Of a stretch of 64,000 nt of DNA, positions 28,038 to 37,004 are shown piece by piece. Under the pieces are notes generated by a model. That model saw only the letters and a list, made by a program, of their open reading frames with translations. It was not told the origin of the DNA and made no database searches. The stretch comes from a virus (taxonomy: Duplodnaviria > Caudoviricetes), in IMG/VR virus record IMGVR_UViG_3300011242_000002, positions 192,001-256,000 of that record; one strand, written 5' to 3'. Positions within the stretch are counted from its first letter, which is position 1, and the number at the start of each line of letters is the position of its first letter. A program made the position numbers and the translations under genes.

Positions 28038-28276
28038 AGAAAAAACGCAAGGTCGGTCGCGCTGCGCCGGTTAGACGTAAACGCCGGCGCAGCCGTAAGG
28101 TAAAGCCCGCGGGCTACAACGATCACGCGTTGAAGTTTATTCAGCAGCACGATCCGTTTAAAACAGAACCGTACGAACCGCCTCGTAGTGAAGACTACGG
28201 GGTGGTCCCTAACCTATTCCAACTCATCACTGCCGAAGAAATGGCGTTCCAACGTCAATACCGCAAACGGCGTTAA
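28028..28276 (+). CDS. Highly basic small protein
   Basis: GTG start; MAVKKKRKVGRAAPVRRKRRRSRK. Confidence 0.6.
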   Translation: MAVKKKRKVGRAAPVRRKRRRSRKVKPAGYNDHALKFIQQHDPFKTEPYEPPRSEDYGVVPNLFQLITAEEMAFQRQYRKRR

Positions 28277-28284
28277 GGATAATT

Positions 28285-28875
28285 ATGAGTACCTGTCAAG
28301 AAATAGAAAAACTAGGTCTGGAAAATGAGACCGGTTTTAATTATGCGGGTCTGCGTGTAAAGATGCATCACCGTTATGAGGGGGTTAATACTTGGGATGC
28401 CGTCGTGGTGCCGACTGTTGAGCTTTTTTGGAAAGACGTTTTGCTTGGCAGCTACAAATCCCTCCCTGAAGCAGTCAGTCAGTCATTCAATGCCGTGCGC
28501 GTTTGCCGGCCAGGGATTGCTGAGCAAGTGGGGTCAGACCGCCCACAACTGTTAACCGTGCTGTCATCACTGGGTAGTTTACTTGGCCTTGGTATCGGGA
28601 ATTTTTGCGATGTTCCTGAAATAGAAACTCGTCTTTACCCGGAAGACGATCGCACGCGTGCTGCGTTCAAGCACTGGGATGACCGTCCACAGGTGCGGGT
28701 CTTTGCTTCCTTGTCATCGTTTGATCTCAGTAACTTTAAGAACGAAGCCGTCCGCTATCGGATCGTAATGACCGCCCACGGTTCTGAGGTGATACATGAA
28801 GTCACTATGCCGTCGTGGCAGCTGATTGATCTTAATGAAACGTTAATTCAGCTTATGATCAAACACTTTGCATAA
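28285..28875 (+). CDS. Hypothetical protein
   Basis: AAGGA RBS; 196 aa. Confidence 0.7.
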   Translation: MSTCQEIEKLGLENETGFNYAGLRVKMHHRYEGVNTWDAVVVPTVELFWKDVLLGSYKSLPEAVSQSFNAVRVCRPGIAEQVGSDRPQLLTVLSSLGSLLGLGIGNFCDVPEIETRLYPEDDRTRAAFKHWDDRPQVRVFASLSSFDLSNFKNEAVRYRIVMTAHGSEVIHEVTMPSWQLIDLNETLIQLMIKHFA

Positions 28876-28916
28876 AAAGAGAGGGCTGCCAAGGCGGCCT
28901 TCTTTTTTTTTTATGT
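28870..28916 (+). terminator. Intrinsic terminator
   Basis: GCATAAAAAGAGAGGGCTGCC-AA-GGCGGCCTTC followed by a T run and ATG. Confidence 0.75.
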
Positions 28917-28947
28917 TGATCTTATGTCATGGAAATGAGAGGTAGGT

Positions 28948-29601
28948 ATGTTAGAAACACTGTTGGGTAGGGCCGGGGCGACGAACAAACATTATATTGA
29001 TATCAACTTTGAAGATGCGGAGGTTGGGTCAAGATCGATAATCGATCGTGGTACACTCGGGGTAGAGTTTAACCGCACTGTCTCAGGTGGGGTAAATAAT
29101 GATGGCGTCGTTGACGACCCCACCTTTGGTAAATGTTACAAGTTTGATGGCACGTCAGTATTCGTAGGAAACAAACATCCCGGGTTGTGGAATAAGCAGT
29201 ACCGAATGGAATTAAAGTTTGTTAACATCGGCATGAATTCTTCGCAGATTATCTGTGCGGGTGATTACCCTTATGCGGGTGGTCAGGCAGCGGGTTGGGA
29301 GTTGGCGACTAACCAGTACCCGGACACGTACATGCAGATGTTTTTAATCAATGCGAATGTGGTGTACACCCGACTGCTGCTGCCAGGTACCAACCCGGGT
29401 CCTTCCGTGCTGGAGACCATCATTGTTACCCGTATCGGCTCAGTGATCACCATGAGCAATCCCCGCACCGGTCAGAGCGTGGGTGTTAACTTTGATACCC
29501 AAGCCGACTACCTACTGCATGTCGGCGGCGGATATGTGAATAATTACGCAGCAGCGTTCCAGGGCTTATTAAAATCCTACACCGTTGAACTGTTGAGCTA
29601 A
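28948..29601 (+). CDS. Putative virion (tail-associated) beta-sandwich/ConA-like protein, MLExLL family
   Basis: MLETLLG N-terminus; CYKFDGTS; beta-rich; GAGGT RBS; late-like motif upstream. Confidence 0.55.
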   Translation: MLETLLGRAGATNKHYIDINFEDAEVGSRSIIDRGTLGVEFNRTVSGGVNNDGVVDDPTFGKCYKFDGTSVFVGNKHPGLWNKQYRMELKFVNIGMNSSQIICAGDYPYAGGQAAGWELATNQYPDTYMQMFLINANVVYTRLLLPGTNPGPSVLETIIVTRIGSVITMSNPRTGQSVGVNFDTQADYLLHVGGGYVNNYAAAFQGLLKSYTVELLS

Positions 29602-29603
29602 TG

Positions 29604-29630
29604 GCGGGGCTTCGGCCCTGCTGTTATGCC
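29604..29630 (+). terminator. Hairpin terminator
   Basis: GCGGGGC-TTCG-GCCCTGC-TGTTATGCC. Confidence 0.65.
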
Positions 29631-29686
29631 GCTCAAGTATTCCTCGACATCCGGTGTAAATAAATTGCGTTGTAACTAATTTCACC

Positions 29687-29705
29687 CCTACATTACTTAG
29701 GTGAA
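29687..29705 (+). promoter_or_regulatory. Putative early promoter
   Basis: CCTACATTACTTAGGTGAA. Confidence 0.7.
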
Positions 29706-29751
29706 TGCATTCCCGCTCATTTAGAGCATCTACACAACGAGGACACACCCC

Positions 29752-30456
29752 ATGTATCAATCTTCTTTTTTATCCCCAACGCCGGTTCAATCCTTAACGC
29801 CGATGATCGCTGAGCTGATCGACGACGTCAATACCCTGCTTGAGCAGGTGAGCCCGGGCGTGGATTACCGTATTGATCCCGACACCGGCGTGATTTTAGG
29901 CAAACGCCAAAAGCCATCCCTGTCTGGCGAGCCCAGCTATGATCACGCGCCCATTGGCTGGCTGGCCATTAATGATCAGGGCGCGGTCATTGCGGCGGAG
30001 TATTTCAAGAACGAATCTTTCTCCTCTCATATCCACTACGTTCGCTCACTGTACCTGACCAAGCGTCAGGAGCGTATTGATAATCTCAACAGTCCCGACA
30101 CCCCGATCAACCTGTACGAAAAGATCACCGTGGCCTGTGTGTTTGAAGAGCTGATCGTAGAAGCCTTTGTGGCGGAACTCGAGGAGCGCGGCTTCGTGGT
30201 GGAAACCGTTTCGGTACGTAACTGGACGAAGGACAGCTCCCCGCTTGCCAGCATTCATTGTCCGCAGCCGGCCTTGACGATGTTACGCGGCAGCCGTGAT
30301 AAATTCGTTCAGCGTTGGTCAGGGTTGCTGAAAGGCACCGACTTTGCTACCGTGACCCATCAGCCCTGGCAGCAGTATCAGCCAGGTGCGCTTAACTACG
30401 CACCGCAAGACCTTGATCAACAACCGGGCAACGAGCCTAACCACAGCCAAGAATAA
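29752..30456 (+). CDS. Hypothetical early protein
   Basis: GAGGA RBS; 234 aa. Confidence 0.75.
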   Translation: MYQSSFLSPTPVQSLTPMIAELIDDVNTLLEQVSPGVDYRIDPDTGVILGKRQKPSLSGEPSYDHAPIGWLAINDQGAVIAAEYFKNESFSSHIHYVRSLYLTKRQERIDNLNSPDTPINLYEKITVACVFEELIVEAFVAELEERGFVVETVSVRNWTKDSSPLASIHCPQPALTMLRGSRDKFVQRWSGLLKGTDFATVTHQPWQQYQPGALNYAPQDLDQQPGNEPNHSQE

Positions 30457-30469
30457 ATAGGTAACTACC

Positions 30470-30835
30470 ATGGGCGATTACACGCAAGCAATCTACAAAG
30501 CGGTCAGCAGCAAGACGGTGACCAAAGGCAGCACCATGCACATCGATGACTTCGGTGACATTTGGACGCTGATCCCACAGCTTAACCGCTACGGAGAGCA
30601 GAGCGTGTATCGCCAATACACCGGTAACCTGATTATCTCCGATCGTCCACTGTACTGTGATATGCACGGTAACCATCTCTACATTGGAGAGCTGGTGCCG
30701 AGCTATCACTTTAACATCCGCAACCCTGCGGCCTTTATTCAAGGACTGCAGCACCAGGTAGGGTATTACCTGGAAAGCCGCTTAGGCAAAATCAAAGCGC
30801 GGTATTACAAGAAACCCGTTCGTTTTAAAGGATGA
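30470..30835 (+). CDS. Hypothetical protein
   Basis: AGGT RBS; 121 aa. Confidence 0.7.
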   Translation: MGDYTQAIYKAVSSKTVTKGSTMHIDDFGDIWTLIPQLNRYGEQSVYRQYTGNLIISDRPLYCDMHGNHLYIGELVPSYHFNIRNPAAFIQGLQHQVGYYLESRLGKIKARYYKKPVRFKG

Positions 30836-30842
30836 CCTTAAC

Positions 30843-31277
30843 ATGTTGAAACAACTTGCGCTACTGGCCGGCTTAAGCGCCGGCCTTTGTGTTCATGCCG
30901 CAGATACCGTAACCAGCGGTAAAGTCTGGTCGGTGGAGTACAACACCGCCTCCGCGTTCTATTCTGCTGCGAAAGATGAGCAGGAGATTACCATGGAGTG
31001 TCTCCTTGGTGACATGACCTTTGCCCTACACGACGATGAAACCGGTGACGAGTTTAACTCCCGCGACGAGAAGACCTTCATCGTGGTTGACGGTATCGCT
31101 TATAAGGCCCCTACAACGCTTCAGGAGCGCGCCAAGTTCTACAACACTGTCTTGCATGCCTCAGACAGTATCCAGTACCGTACGGCCTCTGGCATCGAAT
31201 CTAAGGTATATCCGGTGAAAGAGCTCCGTCAGTTCTTTCAGACCATCGAGTTTGACCTGTCAGACTGTAAGGAATAA
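30843..31277 (+). CDS. Secreted/periplasmic protein
   Basis: Sec-type signal peptide MLKQLALLAGLSAGLCVHA. Confidence 0.7.
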   Translation: MLKQLALLAGLSAGLCVHAADTVTSGKVWSVEYNTASAFYSAAKDEQEITMECLLGDMTFALHDDETGDEFNSRDEKTFIVVDGIAYKAPTTLQERAKFYNTVLHASDSIQYRTASGIESKVYPVKELRQFFQTIEFDLSDCKE

Positions 31278-31304
31278 ATTAACCTAACCCGTTGGAGTAA
31301 TCAC

Positions 31305-31625
31305 ATGAAAGAAATTCCGCAACAGCTCATTAGCGACAAGTGCCCCGAAGGACTGTGGGTGTATATCAACAAAGATCACTTTGTGTTGGTCAAGGGTGAA
31401 ACTAACGGTCGTCCCAGTGAAGTCGTTTTGGGTGCGGTGTTGGTCAGTGACAAGCCGGTCAAAGCCGGGGTGACCACCAACGTGGTAACCTTCCCCTTTG
31501 AGCGCAACCCTTCTACCTACCTGTACATTACCGGTAACGAGTTCCCGGATGCCCGCTGCTTGCCTATGTGGGACATGATCTTCGATAACTTAAACAAATA
31601 TCTGGCGTTAAAAGGGTATCGTTAA
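31305..31625 (+). CDS. Hypothetical protein
   Basis: GGAG RBS; 106 aa. Confidence 0.7.
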   Translation: MKEIPQQLISDKCPEGLWVYINKDHFVLVKGETNGRPSEVVLGAVLVSDKPVKAGVTTNVVTFPFERNPSTYLYITGNEFPDARCLPMWDMIFDNLNKYLALKGYR

Positions 31626-31638
31626 ATAACAATGATAT

Positions 31639-31671
31639 ACAGCGGGGATTCACCTCGCTGTTTTTTTTTTT
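31639..31671 (+). terminator. Intrinsic terminator
   Basis: ACAGCGGGG-ATTCA-CCTCGCTGT followed by a T run. Confidence 0.8.
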
Positions 31672-31685
31672 GTTGAGGTGGAGTA

Positions 31686-32096
31686 ATGACCAAGGTCTAT
31701 AGCAAGATAGTGGCAATCGCCAGTGACTTTGCCGGTGACTTCTCATTTCCCGCGTTACGAGAATGCCTACCGCCCCATACCCGTATCACGTCACTGTACA
31801 ACTTTGCCACCGCAACCCAGTTTGCTGAAGACGTGAAGTCGGCAATGAAACGCAGCGATGTCATCATCGTTGATACCAGCGAACACACCCTGCGGTTCCT
31901 GAAGCTATTGGAAATCCCCTATCAGCTCATCTATCTTGGACAGTGTGTGACCGACTGCGAGCAGCGACACATTAACCACTGTCGGTTGCAGGCCAACTGT
32001 ATTCACACCGAGCTTAAATCGCCTGACGAGTTTAAGCGTCTGGTATGGGAGTATCGCGCGGACGTTGGTCTCTCTGTGGCTTTACCATCGGCATAA
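31686..32096 (+). CDS. Hypothetical protein
   Basis: GAGGTGGAG RBS; 136 aa. Confidence 0.7.
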   Translation: MTKVYSKIVAIASDFAGDFSFPALRECLPPHTRITSLYNFATATQFAEDVKSAMKRSDVIIVDTSEHTLRFLKLLEIPYQLIYLGQCVTDCEQRHINHCRLQANCIHTELKSPDEFKRLVWEYRADVGLSVALPSA

Positions 32097-32146
32097 AAGC
32101 ACAAGGGCTTCTGCTCCCACAACGGGAGCAGAAGCACCTTTATGCC
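32090..32146. terminator. Bidirectional terminator with GGCATAAA...TTTATGCC clamp
   Basis: GCTTCTGCTCCC-ACAAC-GGGAGCAGAAGC between convergent genes. Confidence 0.85.
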
Positions 32147-32514
32147 GGTTTATTCGGATTAATGGCCTTTAGGGTTTTCTCGAGTTCAGACATCCCTTCC
32201 AGCTTTTTCGCATCGTTCTTGTTGCCGTAGCGAACCGCCCGTTCTTTGATCATCTGCTGCTTAGCGTGGGTGTAGGTCATCCAGACGTCAAGCGTGATTC
32301 CCGTCAGCTCGTAAATCCGGGCTTCCAGGTATTCATCCACGTAGCCGCCAAACCCGCTGACCAGCAGCGGGTCTTCCTGCTCGACTTGGCTAACCAACGA
32401 GAAAGGGGACGGATCGGTGTCGTGATCAATGAACCCGTAGGTGTCATCGTACAGTTCCAATAACCGCAGCTGCGCCACCTCAGGGTCACCTGACATGAAC
32501 TTCGGGTCATTCAA
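32140..32514 (-). CDS. Probable core protein (possible baseplate assembly chaperone)
   Basis: 124 aa downstream of the 549-aa gene; start uncertain; function is inference. Confidence 0.5.
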   Translation of the reverse strand: MNDPKFMSGDPEVAQLRLLELYDDTYGFIDHDTDPSPFSLVSQVEQEDPLLVSGFGGYVDEYLEARIYELTGITLDVWMTYTHAKQQMIKERAVRYGNKNDAKKLEGMSELEKTLKAINPNKPA

Positions 32515-32570
32515 GGCTTCTTCCCAGGCACCGCTGCGATCATGGTACGCGTTACCGAAATCCGGATGGA

Positions 32571-34220
32571 TTAGATGTCGGCGCTCGCGATAGAACTGTT
32601 GAGCGTATTCGCTAAGAGGGTAAAAAAAGCGCGGTTCATGTTGATCGGCGTGTAGTTCGGGAACTTGTCATTCACCGCCGGCTGACGACCTTGACAGGCC
32701 GGGCACTTGTAGCGTGGCAGCGCAATGATACCGATCGTCATGTCGTTCATAAAGGTGTTGATCTCTTTATAGAACGCTTCTTTAAAGGTTTCGTCTTTGC
32801 TGAGCTCGGCCAGCTGGCTGTAGATGTCTTCATCACCTTCGATAAAGCCGTCGACTTCGCCGTTGCTGTCCAGGTAGTCAATACGACGCACCCAGTGCGC
32901 ATAGTTACGCAGCGCAGATAATGCCGCCTGTTTGTTGATGTAGTTCACGCGCTCTTCACGGGTCAACTCATCTTTAAACGACAGAGTCACCGCGTCTTCA
33001 ATCGCATCGAGCCAGGCGGTACCGGCCTGCAGGTTTTGTTCAACCGATGGTGCACCAAACACCACGCGCACGCCAGGTGTAATGTTCACCACGTTATCAC
33101 GGATCGCGGAGAAGTATTCCTGATACGCCAATACCGAGTTCACGTCGTGGTTGCTTTGCTTGCGCATATGACCACGCTGAGCTTCCGTCAGACGGGCGTT
33201 GTCGATAATCATCAGGCGGTTAATGTTGACACGCTGAACTTCCACGTGACCACATTTCGCCGGATCGACCTGACAGGCCTGCGCCAGGTTGTAGCCGGAG
33301 CGGAAACGGGCTGCCATGTAATAACCGACCATCAGCGGGATGTCCTGGATTTTCACCAGTGAGGTCAGTTCTTTCTTGTTGACCTTGCCCATAGAGGTAT
33401 TGACGATCATCCCTGAGAGCAGATCCCACAGATGGCGCAGCACGATCACTTCGGAGTTGGAGAACACCAGACCGGCGGTACGACGACCCAGCACGGACTT
33501 GGCCGCCAGCACGCGGGTGTGGAAGTTGAGCATCTCATCTTCCCCGGCCACCAGGATGGTTGCCCAGATACCGGTGTGCGGCATAGGGAAGGTAATGAAG
33601 TCACCGACCTTCAGCTCCTGGCGCACACGGATCATGGCTTCACGTCCGGTTAGACGCGCACCCTTGCTGTGGTTGCTGTTGTTGATGCCTGGACGATAGC
33701 CACCCTTCACGCGACCGTCGATCAGGATCCCCTGCAACCACTGACTGTTTTCGCGCATGACGGTGTCGGTCAGGCCGTTCTGGTAGCTCATGTGGTTGAT
33801 CGACTGCTGGGTCGCAGCCAGCCACTCCATCGCCGCCGGGGCCCCTTTGAGACGGATCATCTCACGGAACAGTTCGGTTTCTGCTGAATCCCCGCGACCT
33901 TCGTTAATCCCGCCGACCAGATCCGCAATGGTCATCTGATCACCGTGGGTAACGTGCAGCAAATCAACCAGCTCGCTATACGGCTCGATCACTTTGCTGA
34001 TGCGCGGATCTTCAAACAGGTTATCGAGCTGAATATCGTCCTGCACTGGCAGGGTGTCATCAACGTCGACATCCACCTGTGCGTGACCGGGAACATTGCA
34101 TGGCTGCCCCATCATACCTGCAGGGCCCGTGTCGCCCTTTAGCATGGTGTCGGATGAGGTTGGGGTATTTAGGCTGGCGAGATCAACGCTCATCTCGTCT
34201 TCAGGTAATACGTGCTCCAT
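32571..34220 (-). CDS. Conserved core protein (phiKZ gp77-like position), possible baseplate-hub assembly protein with C-terminal CxxC
   Basis: FPMPHTG and YKCPACQG motifs; synteny upstream of the vRNAP gp80-like gene. Confidence 0.5.
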   Translation of the reverse strand: MEHVLPEDEMSVDLASLNTPTSSDTMLKGDTGPAGMMGQPCNVPGHAQVDVDVDDTLPVQDDIQLDNLFEDPRISKVIEPYSELVDLLHVTHGDQMTIADLVGGINEGRGDSAETELFREMIRLKGAPAAMEWLAATQQSINHMSYQNGLTDTVMRENSQWLQGILIDGRVKGGYRPGINNSNHSKGARLTGREAMIRVRQELKVGDFITFPMPHTGIWATILVAGEDEMLNFHTRVLAAKSVLGRRTAGLVFSNSEVIVLRHLWDLLSGMIVNTSMGKVNKKELTSLVKIQDIPLMVGYYMAARFRSGYNLAQACQVDPAKCGHVEVQRVNINRLMIIDNARLTEAQRGHMRKQSNHDVNSVLAYQEYFSAIRDNVVNITPGVRVVFGAPSVEQNLQAGTAWLDAIEDAVTLSFKDELTREERVNYINKQAALSALRNYAHWVRRIDYLDSNGEVDGFIEGDEDIYSQLAELSKDETFKEAFYKEINTFMNDMTIGIIALPRYKCPACQGRQPAVNDKFPNYTPINMNRAFFTLLANTLNSSIASADI

Positions 34221-34678
34221 TATACGGATCCTTGTGGTTGGTTGGTCTGCTGGGCGGCAACGGCCGCTGCGTGTGCCAGTTCGTTAGAGTTGAACAGCGG
34301 CACAAAGTAATCGTTATACAGCTGCAGCATTTCGCTTTGGATCACCACGTACTCTTCGTGGATCGACAGGAAGTTGGCAATGTCAGCTACCGTCATGGCG
34401 GTGCCGGTGCGACCTTCATGCTTCGGATGAATGTCGATCAGCTTTTGCTCTGCGCTTTGTACACAGGTCAGCAACGCATTCAGCCAGCCATCCAGCAGCT
34501 GTGGGTTCGGATGAAAACGAATGATGTTGCTGTTGACCGCCAGCAGGCACTGGTTGCGGTACTGGGTCAACAGATCAATCGTATAGTGTCTCACACCGGT
34601 TTCCAGGTATTCCCAACTGGAGTCTGCCGGCTGTGTTTCCTCTGGACGTGCCAGCGGATAAAGAGGTGTATTGGTCAT
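34220..34678 (-). CDS. Hypothetical protein
   Basis: 152 aa; 1-nt overlap with the next gene. Confidence 0.65.
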   Translation of the reverse strand: MTNTPLYPLARPEETQPADSSWEYLETGVRHYTIDLLTQYRNQCLLAVNSNIIRFHPNPQLLDGWLNALLTCVQSAEQKLIDIHPKHEGRTGTAMTVADIANFLSIHEEYVVIQSEMLQLYNDYFVPLFNSNELAHAAAVAAQQTNQPQGSV

Positions 34679-34774
34679 ATGGTGGACGTCCTTTACTAAA
34701 ACAATAATGAGCGGGTCTTCATATATTGATATACCAAATGTTACAGAATACCATATAAAGAAGCGAGTATTGAC

Positions 34775-35617
34775 ATGAGCGATTTCAGCGAGCTGAATGA
34801 ATATTTAATGCCCTTAGTGGTCGACGTGCGTCGTGATCGCATCATCACCGCCTGTCAGAATCTGGCCAACGCCGGCTTTAACCAGGTACAGCCTGACGTG
34901 GACCGACTGCTGAACATGGCCAACGACGGGGAAGCGCCAGAGGTGCTGGATGACCTGCACAAGCTGCTGTTCAACCACCTGCACGACGCCACCTTAAACC
35001 TCGGCTTTATCTGGAGTCAGGATCTGGATTGGACCGAAGACTTTAACTTGTTAAGCGACGTGCTTAACGCCTTAACGCTTTTGGACAACGTTGAAGACTA
35101 CGGCGAGATTACCCGCGTGCTTAACGATGACCTGCTGAGCAACGAAGAGAAGGTGGTCGACATCTTTGAGCTGACCCTGGCCAAGGATATGCACCGGTTG
35201 CTGGAGCGGGTCGACACCGTTGCCAGCGAAGCCCTGCAGGGGATCGCCAGCGCCATCACCACGCCTTTCGCAGAAGAAGATGAAGTCCCACCGACCAGCG
35301 AGCTGAACTACGTCAAAGAGCGCCTGGTGCGGTATCGTGACCGCCTGTATAAGGGCATGGCATACGAGTACATTGCCTGCGGCGGTGCCTTAGGCGTCAG
35401 CTACGAATCACTGCTGCAGTTGTACAACGATCCGCTGGGCGCGTTAATCGACGTTGACAAAACCGTGCTCACGCAGGAGCTCATTGGCTTTGCCCTGATC
35501 AGCGATGTCATTGATGATCTGTTGCAGGATGAAGTCTGCAAGCAGCTGGACATCTACATCGACGACAAGCTGGCCCTGCAGCCCCTGGGTGCTATCGTAA
35601 CAGGATTCTTCGCATGA
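34775..35617 (+). CDS. Acidic conserved protein (phiKZ gp79-like position)
   Basis: 280 aa, D/E/L-rich; ATGA-coupled to the vRNAP gene. Confidence 0.65.
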   Translation: MSDFSELNEYLMPLVVDVRRDRIITACQNLANAGFNQVQPDVDRLLNMANDGEAPEVLDDLHKLLFNHLHDATLNLGFIWSQDLDWTEDFNLLSDVLNALTLLDNVEDYGEITRVLNDDLLSNEEKVVDIFELTLAKDMHRLLERVDTVASEALQGIASAITTPFAEEDEVPPTSELNYVKERLVRYRDRLYKGMAYEYIACGGALGVSYESLLQLYNDPLGALIDVDKTVLTQELIGFALISDVIDDLLQDEVCKQLDIYIDDKLALQPLGAIVTGFFA

Positions 35618-36924
35618 ACCAGAAAGACTATCTCTTAGCCGCCATTCGTCATCGCGCCTACCGGGAACGTGCCTGGGTATTTAGCGTGCTGTCGATTGCC
35701 AGCCACGACTTTGACTGGACCTTCCCCGACCGGGCGCAAGGTTTAAAGGATTACCAGGTGCTTCGCACGCCTAAGGGCGACGAGCTGATGTTCTGGAACC
35801 CCGAGACCCAGCAGCTCGATACCCTGGAAGGGCTCGATCCCAACTTCCCAGTGTTCCGCCCGGACGATGAGATCGCCCTGACCCCGAGTGACTGGAGCAT
35901 CATTAAAGAACCGACGACTACCACCTTCGGGCGGATCCTGGCGAACCTGTATTACTTTTACGACGTGCTCGGCGACCGTGCCCCGTTCTTTAACAAACCC
36001 TTTAGCCGAGGGATGCTGGAAGATTACTTCAGCAAGTACTTCCGCGACCGGGACCACCCCAAGTACAACGATCCGGACACCATCACCTACGCCGAGTTCA
36101 GCGCCTGCATTAACAACGGCTATGCCATGGCGCCGTTCAGCCGGGTGTGTGTCGCCACCGCCTGTCCGGAAACCATGTACCCGCCGAAGTGGCTGGTCGA
36201 GATGCGCGACAAGCTCTTTGCCGAGCACCGCGATCAGCTGAGTGATCCGTTGGTCATGGGGCGTATCCAGGAAGAGCTCCTCAACGCTTACAAGGCCTTC
36301 TTGGCGACCACCCCGTCGAAGAACTCCTTTATCAAGGCGAAGACCATTAACGACGCCTTTAACAAGATGTTCGTCTCCGGCGGGATCTCCACCAACTTCG
36401 GGGTCTCCACCGTGGTAACCCGTTCGCTGTACGAAGGCTGGGATTTAAAACAGCTGCCGGCCTTAGCCAACTCCTCGATCGAAGCGTCCTTTGGTCGCGG
36501 GGCCTCCACCGCGGACGGCGGGGAGAAGGTGAAGATGCTGATCCGTGCCACGCAGAACATCATGATCACTCAGGATGACTGCGGGACGACGCTTGGGGTA
36601 CCCTGGCGGGTAGACAACCACGTGGTGAAGTCGCAGGTGAACGCCTACGCCATCATCAACGGGGAAACGGTGCTGCTCGATGAAGCGATCCTGAAGGCTA
36701 ACCTTGGCAAGTCGATCCTGATCCGCTCACCTGACTTCTGCCAGAAGACCCACGGGGATTCCTGTCGCTACTGTGCGGGTGCACACAACGCCATGAACGA
36801 CCGCGGCATGTCCTCCGGGGCATCGAAGATTGGTAGTGGTATCATGCTACTCAGCATGAAGGCAATGCACAAGGGGTCTAAGATTGACTTAGTTGAGTTA
36901 GACCTGGATGAAATCTTCTTCTAA
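35614..36924 (+). CDS. Virion RNA polymerase beta' subunit (phiKZ gp80-like)
   Basis: TTFGR, TADGGEKVK..RATQNIMITQDDCGTT, IRSPDFC...CRYCAG, MKAMH. Confidence 0.87.
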   Translation: MNQKDYLLAAIRHRAYRERAWVFSVLSIASHDFDWTFPDRAQGLKDYQVLRTPKGDELMFWNPETQQLDTLEGLDPNFPVFRPDDEIALTPSDWSIIKEPTTTTFGRILANLYYFYDVLGDRAPFFNKPFSRGMLEDYFSKYFRDRDHPKYNDPDTITYAEFSACINNGYAMAPFSRVCVATACPETMYPPKWLVEMRDKLFAEHRDQLSDPLVMGRIQEELLNAYKAFLATTPSKNSFIKAKTINDAFNKMFVSGGISTNFGVSTVVTRSLYEGWDLKQLPALANSSIEASFGRGASTADGGEKVKMLIRATQNIMITQDDCGTTLGVPWRVDNHVVKSQVNAYAIINGETVLLDEAILKANLGKSILIRSPDFCQKTHGDSCRYCAGAHNAMNDRGMSSGASKIGSGIMLLSMKAMHKGSKIDLVELDLDEIFF

Positions 36925-36945
36925 CCGAATGTAAAAGAGTACAAA

Positions 36946-36963
36946 CCTACATTATCCTTGTGA
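36946..36963 (+). promoter_or_regulatory. Putative early promoter
   Basis: CCTACATTATCCTTGTGA. Confidence 0.65.
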
Positions 36964-37004
36964 CGGGCAGTGTGCCGGTCACTTGGATAATACTAGGAGT
37001 GTAT

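Noticed and set aside
31686-32096. Possible P-loop kinase remnant (DVIIVDTS...IPYQLIY)
   Set aside because: No Walker A, and the similarity is too vague
34100-34140. Collagen-like KGDTGPAGMMGQP in the 549-aa gene
   Set aside because: Only four G-X-Y triplets, too short to call
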